Below, in pieces: positions 54,224 through 64,000 of a stretch of DNA of 64,000 nt. The notes below the pieces were generated by a model that did not search any database, had not been told where the DNA came from, and was given only the letters and a program-made list of their open reading frames with translations. The DNA is from the human T2T-CHM13v2.0 reference genome, Homo sapiens, in assembly GCF_009914755.1 (NCBI RefSeq), contig NC_060937.1; one strand, given 5' to 3'. The position numbers were made by a program, and so were the translations under genes. Position 1 is the stretch's first letter. Each line of letters opens with the position of its first letter.

Positions 54224-55689
54224 TGCTTCCAAATACCATTTCAATCTGAATTCAATTTTGAAAGCAATGGTCTATATTTTTAAAAATCTTTTAATTTCAA
54301 TTTTCTTTCACCTTCATCTATAAATTGTACTCTACACTATATAGACATGAATTACTTTATAAGAAAGCCATAAAATAGCAAAACCCAAGAGAAAAATCAC
54401 ATAAAAATCACATACTTACTATAATAATACCAACCAGTCTTCTTTTAACTGATACTGTATAAATGGTTAGGAGCCTAGCAAGGTCACCTATATTAACTTT
54501 AAACCAGTAACTACAAAGTTAGAAGCTGCCAAATTGCCACATACCTAATTTCTCAGAATGGCTCTCCCATCACAACCACTACTGACTCTACTACCATGAG
54601 CACTTTCTGAGGAAATTAGTACATAACAATCATTCTAACACCACGTACACAAAACCCTACTGTAGACTGACATAATCCTATGTACAAAACAATTATATTT
54701 AATGATAATCAGAAAACACGTCAACCAGATTATTTTTTTCTTGGTAAAAAGACCAGAATGTAATGGCTGTAGCCAGATTTTCTCACTTCCCCTTCACCTG
54801 CTCCTACAGTTCATCTTTTCTAAAAATTACTGAAGCATAGTTCTTGAATCTTTCTATCCCATTTTCTCATATCAAAGGTGACTAACTGGGATTTTGGCAT
54901 CTCAACTAAATAAATATCATGTTTCACCTTAAATATAAAACACGGGCTCTTAAAAACACAAAAATGGGCACTATAATACTAAAAGTACTCATATAAACAT
55001 TTCATTGTCTTAAGACGTGATATAATTTTTAAAGCAACTTTGAAAGCACATTCAATGTTACATTTCTGAACAATGAATCAGCAGTCTTGGAAAACAGTTG
55101 AATCTTATCTATACTACCTCTAGCGACAGGGGCAGTTTTGTTAGTAACATTAGAATAAGGAAATAAAATCTTAAAAGTATTGTCTTAAGGGGTTAACTAC
55201 ATTGGCTATCTTTACTGATTAAATTTACCAGAAAACTGGCTGTATTTTGCTTACATTAAGCACAGCATCAAACAGGAGAAACCTAATGTTTCTGTGTCTT
55301 GGTTCTATTTAAAGCTGAAAATTTGTGGAATAAAGTAACTTAAATAGCATAAAATCACATAATGTCCAAGTTGGGTAAAAGAACAATAAACTTGAAAATT
55401 ATGTTGCTTAAATCTTCTTCACAACATTTGAGAAATGTGATTTTTCAGTTACATAGAATAATTGCTGTAACAGAAATGCATTACTTCATTTGACAGGTCA
55501 TGAAAATTGCAGAAAACTCTGTCAGATTTTCATCCACATACTGAGCTAAAAATGTCTCTCTACTCACAGAAGTTTGATCAACTAGTTTTGATTTTATGCT
55601 AACTTTTAGCTAGTGTAACACAAATTAAGTCTACAAATGCCCATTATTTTTCATGATGCCCTTCAAATATTGAGAGAAAATAGCAGTTA

Positions 55690-55880
55690 ATATTTACTGA
55701 AAATTTACTCTGTGTTTGGGTTCCTTCTATGTGCTTTAAATATAGGAGCATATTTAATCACCCCAACAATCCTGTAAGACAGATTATTATCATTCTCATT
55801 GTCCAAATGAAGAAATCAGGTCTCACAGTGTAATGTAATTAATGGTGCAACTGGAATTTGAATCCAGATCTGACTATAAA
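55690..55880 (-). mobile_element. MIR
   Basis: atttaatcaccccaacaatcctgtaag...ctcattgtccaaatgaagaaatcagg...ggaatttgaatccagatctgact. Confidence 0.7.
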
Positions 55881-56419
55881 ACAAAAAAAAGACCCTGCTT
55901 TTGTTCCCTACTCCCTGCTACCCCATGTCTTTCAGCAAACTGTGAATATGTAGTGTAATACAAATAAATATTATTATAACAATGGCATTATTTGTGGCAT
56001 TAATATTAAATATGTCAATTTTAAATTATTCAGTGTTTTTAAGAAACTGTGTGATCATCATTGTACCCTAGTTGTTGATCATTTATAAACAATTTTAACT
56101 TTTCATATGTTCCAATTCTAATGGAAACATTTGAACAGGCTCAGAATGAAGATTTATACTAAAATATCATACTTATTTCAAGCATTAAACTATCTGATTC
56201 CAAATTTTTATAACATCTGCCACATTGCTGTGATTATTATGCTTAACAGCATTACTTTCAGAGTGATAAGCTAAGTATTACATTATCGCTCATAAACCAC
56301 AGACTTATTTTCCAATATACTTTTCTATTAAAACCACAGTTATACAAATAAAAGGATAATTGAAATTACATTTTTCCATTAGTCAACAGAAAAAATCAAC
56401 ATAATTTGACTTAATATCT

Positions 56420-58030
56420 ATCTCCAGCCCCAATCCTTCCTCTGTACTACACTCATATTCAATCACCTTCTTAACAAGTCTTTTTGGAGGTCCAAACTGA
56501 ATTCTCTTTCCTTCTTCTTATACTGCTCCTGACAACCTCACTCATCCTGCAGCCTTCCTCACCTTGATCCACAGTAACTCCACTCTGCCAGTAACTTAGT
56601 TCTCTCACATCTCACACCAAAGTCCCTGGACAATTCCTGTCCATTCTTCACATAAAATACATCCCATATCCACTTCTTACTACCACCACTAGAACCATTC
56701 TGGTCCAAGCCACCATCATCTCTCATCTGGACTACTGCATTATCTCCCAACTGGCTCCCTGACCCCCTATTGTATATTCCCAATGTAACAGCCTCTAGTG
56801 ATCCAAATAAAACATAAGCTAGATGATGCCAATCTCCTGCCCAGAACTATGCACTTCCCAACTCATTCAGAGTAAAGTGGGAGTCCTTAAACTTCCTATA
56901 AAACCCAATATGATCTGGCCCCCAGCTACTTCTCTGGCTTCTCTCCTGCCTGCTCTCTTCCTACCTGCTATTCTTAGAATAGCAGACATGATTCACAGGA
57001 TTCACAGACATGAACTCACCTCACGTCCTTTGCATTCACTGTACTCTGTCTAGAACAATCCTCTTCCAGATATTTGACGTGGCTTCCTCCTTCACCTTCT
57101 TTGGTTCTTTGCCCATATGACACTGCTATGAATGTGCTATGGTTTGAATGTCTTTGTCCTCTCCAAAATTTATGTTAAAACTGAATCCCCAATGCAACAC
57201 TGTTGGGAGCTGGGGCCTAATGGGAGGTGTTTAGGTCATGAGGGCTGTGCCTCAAAATGGACTAATGCCACTATAAAAAGGCTTTCAGGAGTGGGTTTGC
57301 TCTCTCCTGCCATGTAGGAACATAGCACTCATCCCCTTTTTGCCCCACTGCCTTCTGCCGTATGAGGATGCAGCAAGAAAGCTCCCATCAGATGCCAGTG
57401 CCTTGATCTTGGACTTCCCAGCCTCCAGAAGTATGAGAGAATAAATTTCTGTTCTTTAATAGATTTCTGAGATTATATAGTCTCAGGTATTTTGTTACAG
57501 CAGCACAAAACAGATTAAGACAAAACGTGTCCCTCAAAACCCATGTGTTGAAACTTAGTGGCCAGTGCGATAGCACTGAGAGGTGTGGCCTTTGGGAGAT
57601 GATTAAGCCACGAGGGCTCTGCCCTCATGAATGGAATTTGTATCCTTATAATAAAAGAGTTCAAGACTGAAGGGAGCACTCTGTTGCCCTTCTACTTTCC
57701 ACCATGTAAAAACAGAGCAACAAGGAGCCATCCTGGAAGCAGAGAGCAGCCCTCACCAGACATCCATGGCAGCACGTCAGCCTTACATTTCCAAGCATCC
57801 AGAAGTATAAGAAATAAATTTATGTTCTTTATAAATTAGCCAGTCTGTGGCATATTTTTATAGCAGCATAAACATACTTAAGATAGATGCCTTATCAGTA
57901 AGGGTGCTGTTTGTTGTCTCTCTCTATCCATCAAAATATTAGCCCCATGAAAACGTAGTTGTTTACTGCTGTGCCTTCAGAATCTAGAAGAATGTTTGGT
58001 TCACAGTAGGTGTAAGATTAATATCTTAAT
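56420..58030 (+). mobile_element. L2a fragment interrupted by nested MST LTRs
   Basis: tggtccaagccaccatcatctctcatctggactactgca is an L2 core; the L2 3' end resumes after 57890. Confidence 0.8.
57124..57885 (+). mobile_element. Outer MST-type LTR containing an inner MST-type LTR (57135-57522)
   Basis: Two TGCTATG starts (57124, 57135) and two ...AAGA(C/T)A ends (57522, 57885), each with a degenerate 5-bp TSD. Confidence 0.82.
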
Positions 58031-59385
58031 ATTTTTATCAATTTTAAGGAAAGTCAGGACAAAACATAGTTTTATGTTTATGAGAAATAAGTTGAACATA
58101 ACTGTATCTAGTATTTGTTATCATTAATGTCAATAACACTATATGAATTATATCAAAATGACAAGACATAGGATAGCTTTTCCCTAGTATATAACTAAAA
58201 GGTAAGGCACTAGATAAAACAGGTGCCATTGTTTCCCTCTTTATCCCTTAAAATGCTTGACATGGTCAAAGACAGCCAAAAGCTTTAGAACTGTTTTTAA
58301 AAGCTGTATTTCCTCCCAAAGTAACTTTTAAAGTGAAAAAGCAATGCCATTTACAGAGCTCTACATATCTCACTACCAAAATTCACCAATACTTTTTACA
58401 ATAAATGGCAGCTTTTGACATGTGTAAAATAGCACTGTACATAGATGAACCTGAATCTAATATGCAGGTGAACAGAATTCAAAAGTAAGTGAAAAACAAA
58501 ACATTAAGAGTGCATTAGAACTTTGAAGATGATTGAGGGATATATAATTTGAAAATTCAAGCCACAGATACGTGAAAAACACTGCATTTGTTGATTTCTT
58601 AATAAACCTAAGCACCAGATTCAGTTTTTTACTTAAACAATTTGTATGAAATAAGACTATCATATTAAAAATATTAGTATATAGATATCATCCACTTATT
58701 TTGTATGTGTCTACAAAGACTGCAATCAGAAAAACATTTATATTAACAGAAAAATCATGATGTAAAATTATATATAGTAGGATTATAAGGATGTATTCTA
58801 AAAAACCAAAAATGGCTATCTATGTATGGTAGAAAAAAGGGCTGAAAGGAAAAACAATAAGCTATTAAGTTTTATTAGGGTGGTTGGAGAGTAAGAGATT
58901 TTCTTCCTACAGCCTTGTAAATATTTTATTAATAAATACTACATGGCAATTTATACTACTTGATACTTCAAAACTGAAAATAGTATCTAATGCCATTTAA
59001 CATACACAACTGTAGGAACAAGAAGAAAGATGTCATAACCTACTTGCTACACCTACTACAACAGTGGTTCTAATGACAATGTTTTGAAGATGTGCATTAA
59101 GTTGTTCCTTCTAATACTTACATTAGAACAAAATAAAAGCAAGACACATAAAGAACATTCTTCCTTACCCACATCATCATTCTCATTAAATGGGGGAAAG
59201 AATGAAGGAATGGGAAGTGTGTCATGACCCCATTTTATTTATGCTGAGTTGTGTCTGGTGTCTTCAGCTCATGAACACCGTCCTCTGTGTGTGTCAGTCA
59301 CATCAGGGGAATTGTGACAGAAAAAAGGCAGACCAGTGCACTGCAGTGTCACTGAGAAAAGAGAGCAATAGCTTTTTCTACTTAC

Positions 59386-59517
59386 TCTCCCATTGCTGAC
59401 AATACCCATTTCTCCAGGACGTAATTTAAGTACATCTTGACAGAACAACTGGTGAGTTCGAAAAATATTCACTCCAACAGTATTATATTTTTTCTCAAAA
59501 GCATTCTTATCCATCCC
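59386..59517 (-). CDS. UGGT2: UGGT2 coding exon (probably 22): GMDKNAFEKKYNTVGVNIFRTHQLFCQDVLKLRPGEMGIVSNGR
   Basis: gctttAG acceptor, AGA|GTAAGT donor, 132 nt, phase 0 to 0. Overlaps track ORF 59269-59514. Confidence 0.97.
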
Positions 59518-60081
59518 CTAAAGCAAAAGTTAAGACTGATGAAACTAATATGAGAACAGTAAATATATTAAATCATTTTGTTTAAAAAACTAATATTAGT
59601 ATAAAATTTTAAATAATACTTTCAAAATCATTATTTGGTATAATTTTCTTTGAAAGAACATTTTTAAAAAAAGAATTCTGTTTTGACAAGTCATTTATAA
59701 CATGCTTAAATCTTGTTACAAGTTGATACAGTTTGCTATTCATTCTTTGAGAATTTCAGGGAAACTACCAGACTAGTAAATTACTAGGGAACATCAATTT
59801 AAATAAAATTTGATATGAAGAAAATGAAATTAAATATTTATTAAATTCTGAACTCAGTACCTCTTATTTGGTACTATCAATTTAAAAAGTGTTTAAAATG
59901 GAAATACTCCTTTCTCCCCATTATACTAATCCCAGAAGACCAGTTTAGTAATAATATATTTAAATATGGAAATAATAAAAGTAATGCTTGGTCAAAGTAA
60001 AAAAATATATGGACATTCACAGAAAATAAACCACATACATGCTCATTGCACCTTCATACTAAGGTACATTTCTCTCTCTCA

Positions 60082-60370
60082 GTACTTCTCAAACTTTAAT
60101 GTACATACCAATCACCTGGTATCTTATTAAAATGCAGAATATACTTCAGTAGAATCCAGGCCTTAAATTCTGAATTTCTAACAAGTTCCCAGATGCTTTC
60201 ATGATGATGAAAATGTTTTCCTGCATTGTCCAATATGGCAGCCATGGCTTCATATGGTTATGCGGCTTTCAAAATGTGGCTACTATGACTGAGGAACTGA
60301 ATTTAAAATCTTATTTAAGTATAAAATGGCCATATGTAGCCAGTGGCTGTGGTGTTGGACCATGTAGGCC
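60082..60370. mobile_element. hAT-Charlie MITEs: MER5A-like (~60082-60200) and MER3-like (~60215-60370)
   Basis: cagtacttctcaaactttaatgtacat...ttattaaaatgcaga...tttctaacaagttcccag; tgtccaatatggcagcc...gtggctactatgactgaggaactgaattt. Confidence 0.7.
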
Positions 60371-61432
60371 CTGATCTTTACCTCCAAAATCCCCATTTCA
60401 ATCATCCCCTTTCTGACCACAACCACATGACCATCACCATCCCTAGATCAACCATTACTCAAACTTTCAGTCCACAGACTCTACCATTTATTCACTGTCT
60501 ATCATCCTTCCCATGGCGTAATTTCCTTTTAACCAAGTTCTATCTCAGGGTACTTTACTATAACCAAAACTTCTCCATGTTTAGCTCCCTTGAATGCTCC
60601 CTCTCAGTCATATTCACTGGTCCAAACCCCAGCCTTGGTTAAACACAACTCTGCTGAGTCTGCAACTGGATGAAAACAGTAAAATACAGTTGGAGAAAAA
60701 TATACGACCAAGGCTGATCTCACTTTGAATTTATTGTCATTAATCTCAAGTGGACCCTCAGCAATGACCAGAAATCTTCCTTCACTAATGTATTTAATTT
60801 ACTTTCTCACTCTCAGAATAATAGTAAAATATTCAACATTTCCTCTTTTTGTCCTCGACCCTTTAAAAATACATACTGCCACTCTAATCCTTAGCTAATG
60901 ACCTGACTTTTGGAAGCAAATCAATCAAAACCACTTATAAATATTTTGTCTGTCTTTCCTCCTACAATGTAAGCTCCACAAAGAACAGGGACAGGGACTC
61001 TATCTGCTTGTTCACAAGTTTATCTCCATTGTCTCATAAACGATCAATATGTATTTTTTGAATGAATAATGATTGTTTCTTCAAGAGGATCATCGTTGAA
61101 ACCCCCCCCATAATGGACCCCTTCAGTGAAATACCTGAGATTTACGTAACGCTTTAACCCCCAATTCTTCACTTAAGTACATATCCTAACTAGAATGCCA
61201 TCAACTTTAAGAATCATGAAGTAGTTAATGAAACATATGAAATCTGATTTATTAAATGCCTCTGTGCAGAGTCATATCATTTAATGTTTATCTTTTCCCA
61301 TTTGAAAAGGAATGTTTATTATCTTCATTTGTTTAAATCTACCATTGTTTTTCAGTAACAATATCTCCAAATACACTCACACTTTTAAAATATGCAATAC
61401 ATACATATTTAATATTTCAAATAGCTACTGAC

Positions 61433-61639
61433 CTCAATAAGGAATGTTTTAATTTTATCTCCAGAGTAAATAGCTGTAGCAATTTCTTCCTTTGCCAGTT
61501 GCCCAAGAAAGCTTCTCAAAAACATGTTCTTCTGTGTAAGAAAAGCTGCCAAAATTCCTCTAGAAATAGCTGTGTTCTCTTCATTTATTTTTGATGTAGG
61601 ATTATAAATAATCCCCAACCGACTATGAACACTTGTTTT
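61433..61639 (-). CDS. UGGT2: UGGT2 coding exon (probably 21): KTSVHSRLGIIYNPTSKINEENTAISRGILAAFLTQKNMFLRSFLGQLAKEEIATAIYSGDKIKTFLIE
   Basis: gtttgcAG acceptor, GAG|GTCAGT donor, 207 nt, phase 0 to 0. Overlaps track ORF 61409-61645. Confidence 0.96.
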
Positions 61640-61879
61640 CTGCAAACATATTTATAGATTAAAAAGACCAGTATCATACATATCATTTTACAGGTGAATA
61701 TATTTTCTTTCCCATCCAGTTTGTTCACTGTATCATGCACCATCTTTCACTATCAAAGCCCTCCCATGTTTACTGTACTAAATGTGATATACCACTGAAA
61801 AAGCCTAACAATCATTTTACTAACTCTAATTCCTTCAGATATTTGCATAATGATTCATTTGTAATGTAACATTATATTT

Positions 61880-62870
61880 AAGCTTTTTGTATGTGAAATA
61901 ACACAAATAAAAAATACACAAAACAAAATGTAGAGCTCAGTGAATTAACCCATAAACCTACTATCCTGGTCACTGGCACTGCCAGCAACTCCAAAAAGAT
62001 TCCGCAGATCTCTGTCAATTACCACACCCTCCCACTTTTCTAAAGACAACCACTCTCTTGTCATTTATGGTAATAACAACTTTGCTCTTCTTTATAGTTT
62101 ATCCCCTAAACTTGCACTGCTAAACATTTAATCAATTTTAAATTTCATATAAATGGAGTCATGCAGTATTATTTTGTGTTCTTTCCCCACTCAATAATGT
62201 GAGATTTATCAATACTGTTTTCTGTAGCTGTAGTCAATTTTTAGTACTGTACAGAATTCCATCATATGAATATACAGTCTTTTATCTATTCTACTGTTGC
62301 TGGACATCTGAGTTTCTTCCAGTTTAGAGCTCTAAAAATAGGATATACATATCTTCCACTTCAGAAGATGCTAAATAGTTTTTCAAAGTAATATACATAC
62401 TAGCAACAGATAACAAACAGTTCCATTACCTCACAGCCTAAGAAACACTTTGTATTGTCAGATTTTAATTTAAATCATTCTCGTACATATGTAAAGATAT
62501 CTCATCAGGGTTTTAATTTTCTTTTCTCTTATCATTAACAATACTAAACATCCTTTGATATGTTCTTTGGCTTCTTTTATGACTTGCCTGTTCAATCTGC
62601 TTCCAGTATTTTTTGGATTATCTTTTTTGGCCCCTGACTTGGAGGAGTTGGATTTCTAAGACTTAAGGGCTTTTTTTGGTTATATGTGTAGAGATATGCT
62701 TCTCCCATTCTATGGCTTGTTTTGTAGTGTACTGATGATGTGTTATAATGGGAAGCAGTCCTTAATTTTAAAGTAGTTCCATTTATTGGTATTATACCTG
62801 ATGGCTACTGTGTTTTGGGTCTCATTTTAGAAACCTTTCTCTACTCTAAAGTAAAAAAGATAATCTATAT
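61880..62870 (-). mobile_element. Old L1 (L1ME/MC-like) 3' region
   Basis: tttcatataaatggagtcatgcagtat...gctggacatctgagtttcttccagttt motifs. Confidence 0.65.
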
Positions 62871-62874
62871 TATC

Positions 62875-64000
<1,126 letters not shown>

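Overview
Primate (human-like) genomic DNA, AT-rich and dense in repeats, lying entirely inside UGGT2 (UDP-glucose:glycoprotein glucosyltransferase 2), which is transcribed on the minus strand. I reconstructed 16 consecutive coding exons by hand (61639 down to 12118). All have GT-AG boundaries and matching phases. They splice into one open frame of 1989 nt / 663 codons (about residues 766-1428 by recalled numbering): the end of the thioredoxin-like region, the beta-sandwich region, a linker and most of the GT24 catalytic domain, including the FVDAD DxD motif. The start codon and the final exons (DLPN...HDEL) lie outside the window. The introns hold a 7SK retrocopy, a full-length SVA in sense with the gene, many L1 fragments (including a young L1PA2-like 3' end whose ORF2 is open to the window edge), Alus, MIR/L2, MaLR and ERVL LTRs, an ERVL pol remnant and DNA transposon remnants. 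Most short ORFs in the track are chance frames or repeat-derived. I see no evidence of a wholly new biological system. The best leads are a candidate in-frame 81-nt cassette exon (45852-45932), sense-oriented SVA/L1 polyadenylation signals, inverted repeats around exons that could drive circRNA formation or editing, and a 34-bp direct repeat flanking a catalytic-domain exon. Repeat subfamily names come from remembered consensus features and need RepeatMasker/Dfam confirmation.
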